DNA of 64,000 nt from Octopus vulgaris (taxonomy: Eukaryota), in NCBI GenBank assembly GCA_951406725.2, contig OX597824.1:54374001-54438000 (forward strand). Reading direction: 5' to 3'. Within the stretch, counting starts at the first letter, position 1. Every line of letters begins with the position of its first letter. The position numbers were made by a program, and so were the translations under genes. This document shows, in pieces, positions 1 to 11,759 of the stretch. The notes under the pieces were generated by a model. The model did not search any database. It was given only the letters and a program-made list of their open reading frames with translations, and had not been told where the DNA came from.

Positions 1-387
1 TTTTATATTCTCAACATACTCTTGTCACCAAAGAATGTATATTTATATGGATTATAGTACTCTGTGTCAACCAATATTCTGTGCATGTTTGAATATACAG
101 ATACAATACCAATATCAATTCCTTCTGGAAACTATCTTAAGCATGTCCTTGAGAACGATTATTTATGTAGTAATCTTTTGTGCCCAATATTTTAAGGAAC
201 TTGTTGAACTTTTTTATGTCCTTAACATGTCCCTGTTACCAAAGACTGTATATATGTAATGTAGCAATTTGCAACATCCAATAATTAACGCAACCAAACT
301 TCTAAATGTTACTTTTGACAATCTTTTTCCAAAGAGTGAAACCGGTAAAGTAAATAAACATCTTTTAAATTGCATTTTCAAACCTTC

Positions 388-423
<36 letters not shown>

Positions 424-529
424 GATCCAGACAAAAGCCCTTTAGGATATAAGCCCCATAGTTAAAGTGTGACAGTGGACAAAAGCCTCACGGTTATATT
501 TTTCAGTTATTTTTTCGTTTTTTCCCCCC

Positions 530-1012
530 TTTTACTTGTTTCAGTCATTAGACTGAAGCCATGCTGGGGAACTGCCTTGAAGAATTTTTAGTCAAATGTA
601 TCAACCCCAGAATTTTTTTAATTTTTACTTGTAGTCATTAGACTGCAGCTATGCTGGGGCACCACCTTGAGAAATTTTTAGTCAAACGTATTGACCCCAG
701 AATTTTTTCAAATAGTTTTCATCCAGCACATGAAGTTAAGCCTAGAAGGTCTCTCCACATGCTAGAAATAACAGCCAAATCTCTTGAAATTTTTTTATAA
801 CCCACTCGGTTATATTTTGGGGTTGTGCTTTGTCTTTTTTTGTATTTTCTAAAAATCTTTTTACTTGTTTGTCATTGGACTACAGCCATTCTGGGGCACT
901 GCCTTGAAGAATTTAAAAATAAAAAAATTAAAGCATTGATACATTCAACTAGAAATTCTTCAAGTTGGTGCCCCAGCATGGCCACAGTCTAATGACTGAA
1001 ACAAGTAAAAGG
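530..1012. mobile_element. Cluster of SINE 3'-tail fragments (three on minus, one on plus)
   Basis: TTCAAG-(G/T)YGGTGCCCCAGCATGGCC-CAGTCTAATGACTGAAACAAGTAAAA at 959-1011 (+). Reverse-complement copies lie at ~531-610, ~624-700 and ~859-910. Confidence 0.75.
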
Positions 1013-1231
1013 TGAAAAAAACGAAAAATATAACTGTGAGATTTTTTCTTACACTCATATATATATATATATAGAGAGATAGAGAGAGAGAGTATATACT
1101 TACGTATAGGATGAAAAAAGTGGGTACGTAGCCGCCATTATATATGTAAAAGTAAGAAAATATATACAAACTGGGACAAGAACGTGAAACACCTAGAAGA
1201 CGACACAAGAAACACAGGACGGGACATTCGA

Positions 1232-1297
1232 AGCCCTCAATCATCAGTCAAGAACCGGATCATCTTCGCAATTTCGGCTGATTAATCTTGAGATTGC
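1232..1297 (-). ncRNA. Hammerhead ribozyme candidate, non-circularly permuted (copy A)
   Basis: Minus strand reads GCAAU-C-UCAAGA...AGCC-GAAA-UUGC...UCUUGA-CUGAUGA...GGCU. Confidence 0.6.
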
Positions 1298-2083
1298 TCC
1301 GATCTGGGCAGCCCCCAAGGGAAATCTAAGCCAAGCGCATTAGATCCCTTGGAGGAAAGCCTCGAATGTATACAACACAAGGAGGGAAAACGTGTCGTCT
1401 TCTAGGTGTTTCACATTCTTGTCCCAGTTTGTATATATTTTTTACTTTTACATATATAATGGCGGCTATGTACCCACTTTTTTCATCCTATACGTAAGTA
1501 TATACTCTCTAACATTGGTACGACTCTTGATCTGTCTCTTTCTCTCTCTCTTTCTCCTCCTCCCTTATTCCCCTTCTTTCTTTCTCTCTTCATCCGTCCC
1601 CCCTCTCCTACGTTTCTCTGCCTCTCATACCTTACACTCCCCTCGATCTGTCTCTTTCCCTCTCTTTCTTCTCCTCCCTTGTTCCCCTTCTCTCTCTCCT
1701 CATCTGTCCTTTTCTCCTCTCTTTTGTCCCCACGTGACCAGCCAGCGACTGCTGCTTTGCCCTTTCGCATCCAGCAGTCATTGTAGCAACACGTATTTGT
1801 TTGTCTCCTGTGGCCTAAAGGCACTCTTCCACTAGCCCCAAACTCAACTCGTCCTGTCGAAAGACCCTTGTCCTGACGTCCTGGTTTTGTTTTTATCCTT
1901 ACCATTATTGTTTTTATGTATTTGTATTCTTATCCGTGCTTTCTTTATTGTTTTTACGTATTTTTGTATTTTTATTCGTGTACATCGTCCGTTTTCTGTC
2001 CTTGTGTTGTATACATTCGAGGCTTTCTTCCAAGGGATCTAATGCGCTTGGCTTAGATTTCCCTTGGGGCTGGCCAGATCGGA

Positions 2084-2149
2084 GCAATCTCAAGATTAAT
2101 CAGCCGAAATTGCGAAGATGATCCGGTTCTTGACTGATGATTGAGGGCT
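2084..2149 (+). ncRNA. Hammerhead ribozyme candidate, non-circularly permuted (copy B)
   Basis: GCAAT(2084-88)-C-TCAAGA(2090-95); AGCC-GAAA(2106-09)-TTGC; TCTTGA(2128-33)-CTGATGA(2134-40); GGCT(2146-49). Confidence 0.6.
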
Positions 2150-2236
2150 TCGAATGTTCCGTCCTGTGTTTCTTGTGTCGTCTTCTAGGTGTTTCACGTT
2201 CTTGACCCAGTTTGTATATATATTTTTTTTTACTTT

Positions 2237-2239
<3 letters not shown>

Positions 2240-2296
<57 letters not shown>
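2240..2296. repeat. (TA)n microsatellite
   Basis: Direct reading. Confidence 0.98.
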
Positions 2297-2298
<2 letters not shown>

Positions 2299-2300
<2 letters not shown>

Positions 2301-3003
2301 AAAGTATTGAAGCCATCTTATCATGGCTAACCACATTGGGGAGGGGGTGTTACTGTAGCTTTATAACCCCAAGAGATCGTCGTCTCTAGCTGGCTTTAGA
2401 CACAATATCAGTGCCCTTGGAGTATTTGCAAAGGGAGGCCATCCCTTCCTCGCAAGCTTGAGTGATACGCTCGAACTAGTTTCGGGATTTTTGTCCCTTG
2501 TCAACGGGCGGTAACCACCAGGTCGCGATGAAAGTGAAGGCTGCTTTGCAAATATATAAGTTTTTCTAGTGGCGTCTGCCACTGATGTCGAAAAACTAAC
2601 AATAAGGATAATCAAATCTCAGAATGAGATTGAAACAGTAATCGCTCGATAATGTAAAGTATTGAAGCCATCTTATCATGGCTAACCACATTGGGGAGGG
2701 GGTGTTACTGTAGCTTTATAGCCCCAAGAGATCGTCGTCTCTAGCTGGCTTTAGACACAATATCAGTGCCCTTAAACTAGTTCGAGCGTATCACTCAGGC
2801 TTGCGAGGAAGGGATGGCCTCCCTTTGCAAATACTCCAAGGGCACTGATATTGTGTCTAAAGCCAGCTAGAGACGACGATCTCTTGGGGCTATAAAGCTA
2901 CAGTAACACCCCCTCCCCAATGTGGTTAGCCATGATAAGATGGCTTCAATACTTTACATTATCGAGTGATTACTGTTTCAATCTCATTCTGAGATTTAAT
3001 TAT
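2299..3003. mobile_element. Penelope-like/retrozyme-type element: 355-bp unit x1.3 plus inverted copy, inserted in (TA)n
   Basis: 2299-2418 repeats at 2654-2773. 2774-3003 is the reverse complement of the unit across the tandem junction. (TA)n on both sides; copies near-identical. Confidence 0.8.
2468..2510 (-). ncRNA. Minimal type I hammerhead ribozyme with U3-A8 core variant
   Basis: Minus strand: CGCCCG-UUGACAA-GGGA-caaaaa-UCCC-GAAA-CUAG-U-U-CGAGCG, with palindromic stem III (AACUAGUU). Confidence 0.75.
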
Positions 3004-3004
3004 G

Positions 3005-3005
<1 letters not shown>

Positions 3006-3082
<77 letters not shown>
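3006..3082. repeat. (TA)n microsatellite
   Basis: Direct reading. Confidence 0.98.
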
Positions 3083-3088
<6 letters not shown>

Positions 3089-3436
3089 TACCCTCTGCAA
3101 AAAATTCCAAATTTTATTTAATTTGCTTTGCGGAAAGAACTGTTTCAACAAAGTCACGTCTTTTCCTTGCCTTCAAAACATGAAGTAGATGAAACAGGGA
3201 CAACTGAAGAAGGGGAATATTCTTTATGTTGCATGTCTCGTTTCTCTGTTTGTTTTTTTCGTTGTTCGAAAAAAAGTTTGTTTCTATGTTTTTGTTTCTC
3301 ATTGTGTTCAACGTTTTTTTGATGTCCTGTACTCATATATGCATGTATACATACATATATATGTAGGTATGTATATGTATATATGCATATATTTATATAT
3401 TATTTATATTATTATTATTATTATATATATATATAT

Positions 3437-3630
3437 TGTGAGAATTTACAAAATAACAAAAGACGAAGACGGGTGTGTAAACAAAATACAGATGTATTAG
3501 TTTAACACTCAGGAATTAAGAAGGTCTTTTACATTTTGAGCCTTTGCTCTTTGACAGAATGGAACACAGAAATAAACAGGGAGAGAAAATAGAATATGGT
3601 ATAGTGGCTAGCGATCTATCATGGAGGAAT
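3437..3630 (-). mobile_element. Short PLE-type repeat with decayed minimal hammerhead-like motif (3526-3561)
   Basis: Homologous to 52760-52965. Minus strand CTGTCAAA-GAGC-aaag-GCTC-AAAATGTA-AAAG. Confidence 0.5.
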
Positions 3631-3687
3631 ATATATGCATGCGTGTGTGTGTGCGCATATGTGTGTGTGTGTATGTGAACTTCCATG

Positions 3688-4542
3688 TGACAAGACAGTG
3701 AAACATGGGTCATGAATGCTGAGGACATGTATAGGTTTGATAGAAATGAAGCTAGTAGGATCTGCTGGATGCGTAATGTCAGTGTGCATACACAACAGAG
3801 TGTAAGTGCCCTGAGAGAATAGTTGGGCATAAGAAGCATCAAATGCGATGTGCAAGAGAAGTGATTGCGCTGGTATGGTCATATGTTACTTATGAATGAA
3901 GGCAGTTGTGTGAGGAAGTGCCACTCCCTAACTGTAGAAGGAACCTGTGGAGAAGGTAGGAACCTGGGATGAGGTGGTGAAGCATGACATTCGAATGTTG
4001 GGCATCACAGAGGCAATGACAGGAGACCGGGACCTTTGGAGATATGCTGTGATTGAGAAGACCCAGCAACTAAAGTGAGATCACAGCCACGCATATCCGG
4101 CAATATGATATGCTTGAGAAGACCTGTTGAGTCAAGTAAAACCAATATCATAACTGTGGCCAGTGCCTCCTGACTGGCTCCCGTGCTGGTGGCACATAAA
4201 AAGCACTAACCAAACATGGCCAATGCCAGTACACCCTGACTGGCTCTTGTGCTGGTGGTACGTAAAAAGCACCATCCAAACGTGATCGATGCTAGTACCC
4301 ACAGACTGGCCCCCGTACCGGTGGAATGTAAAAAGCACTATCTGAACGTGATTGATGCCAGGCCCGCCTGACTGGCTCCTGTGCCAGTGACACATATAAA
4401 AGCACCCACTATACTCTCAGAGTGGTTAGCGATAGGAAGGGCATCCAGCTGTAGAAACATTGCCAGATCAGATTGGAGCCTGGTGCAGCTGCTGGCTCTC
4501 CAGACCTCAGTCAAACCATCCAACCCATGATGATGATGATGA

Positions 4543-4545
<3 letters not shown>
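3688..4545 (+). mobile_element. RTE-clade LINE 3' fragment with tandem-repeat 3' UTR and (TGA)n tail
   Basis: Homologous to the ORF end and 3' UTR of 47029-49069 (ETW..EDM..RNEA..WMRNVSVH; WYGH). Confidence 0.9.
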
Positions 4546-4586
<41 letters not shown>

Positions 4587-5040
4587 TGTGTATATACATA
4601 TTAGTATACATATCAAGATGCAGATTCCAATAGAATCAGCAGGTCACCAATGTAACAAGAGGATTTAATTAATAAATTAATGTAACAAGAGAAAAATTAA
4701 AACTATAGGAAAGATATTTGGATGTGTTGTGCATGTCAGAAGGCTTGAAACATTTAAGTGTATGTTTTGTATGAAGGTCACAGCAGGCAATGTTTTTGGT
4801 TAACAAACATGAGAATTTCTTCTTTGATCAAATGAGAATGAACAGGTATCATGGATATAAGTTTTCACGATAACAGGACATAGCAAGACAAAAATCCATT
4901 CCTTAATACACGTCCAGGCTGTTAACTCCAGATTTGGTTGCAAATCTAAAATATTCCATGGGTCTGAAGTGGTAATGAAAGCATGGTAGAAATCCCTTAG
5001 TCGTGTGAATGCTGTTTTCTGATCGACATTAATTCAGCAA

Positions 5041-5804
5041 TGATCTTTTCATTTTGAAGGCCAGATTTTCCTAGTTAACTAAACAATTTGAAACTTTGTA
5101 TACTGGTAGAATGTGTCAAAAGAAAACATAATTGTAAACCAAAATGAAAACTGAATTGTAATTTCTAAGTTTAACGTTGTTTAATAATTTGAATTTTAAC
5201 CAATGGTATTCTTTCTGCCTCTCAAAATATTGTTACTGTGACGTAAACAGCTATTTTGTGACGTAGTTAACGTAAACATGTAAATAGCTAAAATGTAAAC
5301 ATCCGCTTATCGTAAACAGCTAAATTCGCTTGGCATCATACGCAGCTTTTTCAGTTCCCTAGAATTATATTTGAAACAAAATAAAAATAAAAATATTCAT
5401 ACACATAAATATCCATCCTTAGACATCAGAAAGATTAGAAATGCAACAAAAATTTAAAATACCGGATCTTTACCTTTTGACCTACAGATTTAAAAAATAA
5501 TTTTTTCTAACTAAACACTTTCAAACTTCGTGGAGTATATATAAAATTTGTGTAGATCCTAAATAGCTACACACACATGTATACAAACATATGCATATAT
5601 ATATATATATATACACCTATACACACATATTCTAATGCATATGCATATATGTGTATATATTTATGTGTGTGTATTATAGATGCATACATTATATATATAT
5701 AAAAGATGTTTACATACAATATATATATATGTTATATACATCTACATGTATATGTATGTATGAATATATAAGTACCACAGAATTTGAATCAAACTGTTTT
5801 GATC

Positions 5805-5835
<31 letters not shown>

Positions 5836-6583
5836 ACATACATACACACATACTAAAATTACATCGTTGGAGCAGTAATTTATTTATGTATTTTTTGTTA
5901 TACAATTTATTTTTAAGCTGAATCCCTATCCTGCCATTAACCCCTTTCTTATAAAATAGTTGAAGAATCTGGGGTGTAGGAATTGGGCCAGTATTGGAAC
6001 TTTTAACTTCTTGTTCTCTATCTTATGATCTCCGAAATTTAAGAATCTTGTGTTAACTGGGCTCTTATTATTTACTCTGACTCTGCCACCACCTCAATGC
6101 AAAGACTATCAATATCAGAATCATCTTCACAACCACCACTGAGACATCCTAACATAATCAATGCCACTACTACTATCATCATCCACTGCCGCCACCACCA
6201 CCACCACCTCTACAAAAACACCAACACTATAATTGCTGCCATCATACACATCCACTGTCACCACTACACCACCACTGCCTTAATAACCACATCTACCACA
6301 GCTGTTTGCTTACTGCTTACCCACGCTGTTTAAAATGTTCACAAAATAGCTGTCTACGTCACAGTAACACTATGCAGCTAATAATTTCAGATCAAAACAG
6401 ACAATACGATTGGTTAAAATTCGCAGATTTAAACTACGTTTAAACTTATAAAATACATTTTTCTCAAAAAAACGAGTTGAAATTAATGTTTTCTTTTGAC
6501 ACATTCTACCAGTATACGAAGTTTCAAATTATTTAGTTAACTAGAAAAACCTGAAAAATCTGGCCTTCAAAATGAAAAGATCC
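5041..6583. mobile_element. MITE(s) with GGATCTTTTC.. terminal inverted repeats (Merlin-type), with nested pieces
   Basis: 5041-5130 is the inverted counterpart of ~6488-6583. A related terminus at 5464 matches the reverse complement of 16920-16942. No TSD recovered. Confidence 0.6.
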
Positions 6584-6627
6584 AGATTGTGTTGACATGT
6601 GCAGTTCAAAAGAAAAAGATCCAATTG

Positions 6628-7375
6628 GAAAATGTTCAGATAAGCAACCTTGTTTTTCAACCTAGTACATCTAAACCTCTCTTGGCGATTTTTCGTTTTG
6701 ACTCGAAATAATGTAAACATTGAATTCGGGCATTTCCGTGACCACATGTTGTCTTGTCAATTGTCAGTTGGTAAGAGAAACCTAATGGGTTGTGCGTGCT
6801 TGTTCCTCTGTGTGTGTGTGTGTGTGTGTGCGTGCGTGCGCGCGCGCGTTATTATTCTTGTTTGTGTGCGTGCTTGTTCTTGTCTGTGCATGTGTTGTGT
6901 GGGTGTGTGTGTTCCCCTGTGTGTTATTTCTACATTCCACAACATATAAATACAAAAAAAACAGGACACACACATACACAGAAGAACAAGCACGCACGCA
7001 CGCACACACACACACACACACACGCACAAACAAGAACAAGCACGCTCACACACACACGCGGCAATGTTAAACCCATTCGTTAAATTATGTTACCCTAAAT
7101 ACCAAAATTCTGTCTCCACGTGTTCTATCTTTGACCAGCCTAACTCTGGTCTTTCTTTCTCTATCTCTCTCCCTGTCTCTCTTTCTCTCTCTTTCGATAA
7201 CCACTTGCTTCTCCCCACACTTTACCTCCGCTTCCCCAGCACACCCCTTCCTATATGAACTAGCACATTTGGATTTCCCTACCTCATATTTTAACACCTC
7301 GTCAAAAGTAGTAGAAAATCGGAAAATGTTCAGATAAACAACCTTGTTTTTCAGTCTAGTACGTCAAAACCTCTT
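6628..7375. repeat. ~55-bp direct repeats flanking an inverted (GT)n/(AC)n foldback
   Basis: GGAAAATGTTCAGATAA..AACCTCT at 6628 and 7321. GCGTGCTTGTTC units at 6794-6890 are inverted at 6980-7050. Confidence 0.6.
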
Positions 7376-7959
7376 TCTTCAGTGCAGATCATAATTACCA
7401 TATTAGTTCATTTCATTATTCTATCTAAGTATTATTCATTATCTAAGTAAACAGTTTCATCTTCCATGCTGTGTTTTAAAAAAATATATAAAACTTAAGA
7501 TCTCTTCGCTCGATCCAACTCTCCCTCTTTCTCCCTCTCTTTCACGCTCATTTATTATTGTCACTTATTCATTCATTCTTTTATCTAATTTTGTCACAGT
7601 TTCGCTGACCGAAAACTGTTGGTTCTAATTTTGTCAGTTGGCTGACCGAAAACTCTTGGTTATAGCTCTAGTTAAGAATTCAAATGTCCAATTCTATCTC
7701 ATTATTAACATCAATATTCTCTCACACCGGCAGCCCGAGTTTTTGCTGTTTCGCGGTGCACCTGTCCTTCCCACCCCCACCTCTATCCTCTGACCTTTAT
7801 CGGATGTCTCTCCCACGAACACGTCCAAAGGCTTAATGTTCCGCCATTCCTACTTATGGTTTATCTCCCATGTAATGTAGTGATTATGTAGTGCCTAAAA
7901 ATGATGGTATAGTGTATGCAAGTTGAAGGCTAGTGTATGTTTATGAGTTCTGCCAATTG

Positions 7960-8793
7960 CGAGCTTTCTTTTCAAGTACATGACGCTGCTGTCTCCCATC
8001 CCAGAGTCTCATGGGCCCACACCTCCCACACCCTCAGGGTTGGTACACTTAATGTTGGCACATTGAAAGGTTGGTCTGGTGAGATTGTTGAGATGCTTGA
8101 ACAGAGACGTGTAGATTTGTGCTGCATCCAAGAAGGTGGAGAGGAAGTTCTGCTAGATTCCTCACAGGCAAAGAACATAGGTATAAGATTTTCTGGGCAG
8201 GGAATATTGACGGGGTCGGGGGCGTGACTATATTTCTTGCGGAGAAATGGGTTGATAAGGTAATCGAGGTAGTTAGAATCTGTGATAGAATACTTAAGAT
8301 TAGATTAATGCTGCAGCATGGGTTAGCAACCATTATCTTGGCCTATGCCCCTCAGCCGGGGCTACCTGGTGTACAGAAAGACCGATTTTATGACACCCTC
8401 TTGCAGACTACCTCGTCGACGAATGATAGGGACCTTCTCTTTGTGGCTGGCAACTTCAATGGGTATGTCGGACAACATGCAGGGGCCTTCCATGGCGTAC
8501 AAGGAGGCTATGGTTTTTGTTCCCGCAATGAGGAGGGAACCAAGCTGCTGGTGTTCTGCGATATAAATGATCGTACGGTTTGTAATACTAACTTCAGGAA
8601 ACCTGCCAGTCACCTATTCACTTACCGATCTGGTGGACACACTAGTCAAATTGACAACATCCTCGCCAGGAAACGGGAAAGATGGCTACTTATAAATGCC
8701 AAAACCTCCCCAGGTGAAGAATGCACCCCACAACATAGATTAGTAGTTAGCGACCTCAGGATCGGGGCTAAATGAAGACGACCAGCATGGAGA
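7960..8793 (+). pseudogene. RTE LINE apurinic endonuclease (APE) fragment, frameshifted
   Basis: TLRVGTLNVGTL, LCCIQE, AYAPQ, GNFNG, QIDNIL, QHRLVV motifs in ORFs 7937-8227 and 8119-8775. Confidence 0.92.
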
Positions 8794-8829
8794 AGGGTTC
8801 TAATTTTGTCAGTTGGCAATTTCTACTTC

Positions 8830-10069
8830 AACTGCCGGTCCTCCAATAACAGTTTGATGATTTTTTTGTCCAAAAATGGGCAGTCCTCCAGACAGAAAAT
8901 CTCAATCTACAGAGGTTTTATGGCAGAATCCAAGGTTTTCCTCTATTGATTTGTGCGACTAAGCTGTGCTGAGGAAGTGGTTCAGAAAAAGCAAAACTTT
9001 CCAAGACGGAAGATGGACACTCTCCAGAAAGGTGTCTTTAAATGTAGATATGGAGTATCCACATTCCCTTTTAGACCATCCACATCGTCGCATCACCTCA
9101 TGGCAGCGCCATATGTTTGTCCCTTGCCACAAAATGCATGAGGTATTGCAATTCAGACAATCTTGTGTATGCACCAGAAGGCCGTGTTCAACTAAAAATG
9201 CAATAAAGGCATCATCATTACTGTGGAAACGGAGTATGTCTTCATATAGGCTGATATTGCAAGAGTTGCAGAGAGCCATGCTGTTGTATCAAGTCTTTAA
9301 ATTCAAGGGTGTAAATGAAATGTGAATAACTATTAGTGTGAATTGTGGTTCTTTCACTTGTAGTGTGGTATTTGTAGGGCAATCTTTTATTTTGTGCTTG
9401 AAGGTGACGGCATTCGGGAAATTCCGTAAATTCACTGAACCAGCATTCAATATCCACTTTCCTATCATTTATGTGGAGAATTACAAATATGGCATATAAA
9501 TATAACTTATTTTCATAGAATTTTTAACATTACCTTTCTGTAAATGTTTTTCTTTCGCACTCCCAAACACACACACACACACACCTGTACGCTGATCCAC
9601 ATGGACAGAGTCCCATGAAGTTTTTATTCTTTCTGAATGAAGTACACAAACATATTATTGAATATCATGTTTGTTTCTATCAGGACCGTTTACCTTTAAA
9701 GCGATAAAGTAAAACTGACGTGTACGACAGGTATGTAAAACATATTTCGGTGTATTTTCTCCGTTCATTCGCACGTGCACACACAAACACACAAGCGGTT
9801 CATTTTCACTTTTAGACAGCGGAATGGGGTGGCGAGTTATGTATGAATCAATTTTGGAGTTTTCTCATAGAAAATTTGAAATTAATTTTTTTTCCATATT
9901 CTTAATCTTGCCACATAGATTGAAAAAAAAAATTCGTAAAAGTTAAAATGGGGTAGAGAGTGGGGAATCAAACATGATTTTTAGCATATTCAGAATCTTT
10001 GTCATCGAAAACATAAGAATCCACTGAAAAAAATTTTTTTTAAGAGAAAAAGGTTGATTTTTGCATGCC
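8830..10069 (-). mobile_element. Merlin/IS1595-like DNA transposon 5' remnant
   Basis: ORF 8959-9279 has FLVEHGLL-CxxC..WRC..C..SI..DTFLE..L, typical of the Merlin transposase N-terminal zinc ribbon. A GG-starting terminus is possible at 10069. Confidence 0.7.
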
Positions 10070-10074
10070 TGTGT

Positions 10075-10960
10075 ACTTGTAAGCATTAACCATAAATTAT
10101 ATCAAAAGCAATTCTCTAAACTCGTGTCTTTTTGCTGACAATGGCTCTGATTTTGAAATGCTTTTACTGTACTCGCATGTGAGTTGGTTATCCCAAAGGA
10201 GAGTATTGAAAAGAGCCTTCATTCTACAAAAGGAGATACACAAATTTCTTCGTTGTGCTATAAAAAAAACTGCACAGACAGTTCCCCCAATACTCAGTTC
10301 CTTATATGTCTCTCCTTTTGGGTCGACATTTTTAAATGTTAATTCTGTTAACTTAGCACTACAAGGAAAGGACATCACTGTTGTCCACTGTCATGAAATA
10401 ATAACTGCATTTAAAATGAAGCTCCATTTGTGGCATTCTAAATTGGAATGTGAGAATTTTGCACCATTTCAATACTTTCTTTGATGAAGATGGCCTTCGA
10501 GCTGATGCTGACATCCTCGACATAATGAAACAGCACGTTTTAATTCTTCATGCTGAAATTCAAAGATACTTCCCCGACCTACAAAACTTTGAAAAAGTTC
10601 ATTTCATCTTTGCAATTTCTGTTGTTGACCTTCCATCAGATTAGGTCATTCAAGAACAGTTCATCAACTTGCTGAATGATGGAGGTGCAAAAAAATGCTT
10701 TCTGTAACATGTCTTGCAGTGAATTCTGGATTGAAATGACACAGTCCTATCCAGATGTCATCAAATTGGCCCGCAAATTCATTGTTCCATTCGCAACAAC
10801 GTATGAATGTGAGACAGCTTTTGCAACTTTACTCGCAATTAAAACAAAGACTCATAATGAACTGGATGTTGCCCATGACATGAGGGTTACATTATAAAAC
10901 ATGCAGCCTAATACTGAGGATATATTGCAGACCAAACAAATTCATCCCCTCATTGAAATT
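10075..10960 (+). pseudogene. hAT (Buster/Charlie/ZBED8-like) transposase remnant
   Basis: LLYSHVSWLSQRRVL, NLALQGK, FKMKLHLW, FATTYECETAFATL..KTK (hAT dimerisation region); frameshifted. Confidence 0.88.
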
Positions 10961-11466
10961 TTGGATCTAGTTATTTTCATTTGCAAAATATGGATTTTTT
11001 AAAAACAGTAAGAAATCTGAAAATCGGCTATAATTGCTATAATTTCCAGTCTAATTGCTATAAAGGTATGATGTTGCACAGAAAAAAAGATTGAAGGTAA
11101 ACGTTACAGAAGTTTTAAAATAATTTTTAAAATGTGTATTTCTTGCTAATAGCAAGACAGAAATTTTTTGCGTTTAGCGGAGTGGTGTCAACTTTAAAGT
11201 TGCACCCTGAGAAATTTATAGTTTAGCGTCTATGAAATGACCACTTCATTGTAGGATTTTAAATAAACAGAAATGCCTAATAAAATCAACATGTATCATC
11301 TTACTGTTTCTTTTGTCTCTTAATCAATCGTATGTTTTTATTATTTTTTAAAAATTTATATTAATATATTTGTTTGCATGTGTTTACTTTATGCGTATTT
11401 CAGTATTATGTATACCTGTCATGTATTTGTGTACATCATTAATATAAGTACGCGCGCGCGCGTGTG

Positions 11467-11729
11467 TGTTATAGCTTTGTTAAGTTATACACAAACAAAC
11501 TAGTAGAGATGAGAATATATTTATCAAAGGTTTATTACTTTACGTACATCAGGGCTTCAGTTGCCAGTTATTTCTGTTTAGTAAAAGTCAGATTCGTTTA
11601 ACGCTCACTGCTAACATTATTTTGTTTCTCTTCTCAAACCAGAAGTCCCTTTTGCTGCTGACCAACTCCCTAGCTAGCCCACAGCCAAGTTCCTGTCTAC
11701 AGTTTACCAGTCATGAATCCTGCCCTACA
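11467..11729 (-). repeat. 3' LTR of the Gypsy element
   Basis: Minus strand TGTAG...CTATAACA, directly after polypurine tract GGGGTGGGGGAG. Confidence 0.75.
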
Positions 11730-11759
11730 TAGCTCCCCCACCCCACGAAATGTTGACTG

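Larger units (their letters stand above)
1088..2240. mobile_element. Non-autonomous Penelope-like/retrozyme-type element, ~0.78 kb unit with inverted and tandem partial copies
   Basis: 1160-1383 is the reverse complement of ~1999-2222, and 1088-1205 of 1392-1510. 1392-1455 recurs directly at 2175-2240. Flanked by (TA)n/(GA)n, no real ORF, hammerhead core motifs present. Confidence 0.7.

Noticed and set aside
2068-2160. Apparent covariation among GGCTGG/CAGCC, GGCCAG/CTGGCC and GGCTA-CGAA-TAGCC in the 0.8-kb family
   Set aside because: Explained by independent CpG decay of GGCCGG/CCGGCC, so it is not counted as structural evidence; stem II assignment remains uncertain.
3130-3250. CTGAAGA at ~3204 with nearby GAAAC as another hammerhead
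   Set aside because: Could not assemble consistent stems I-III by eye.
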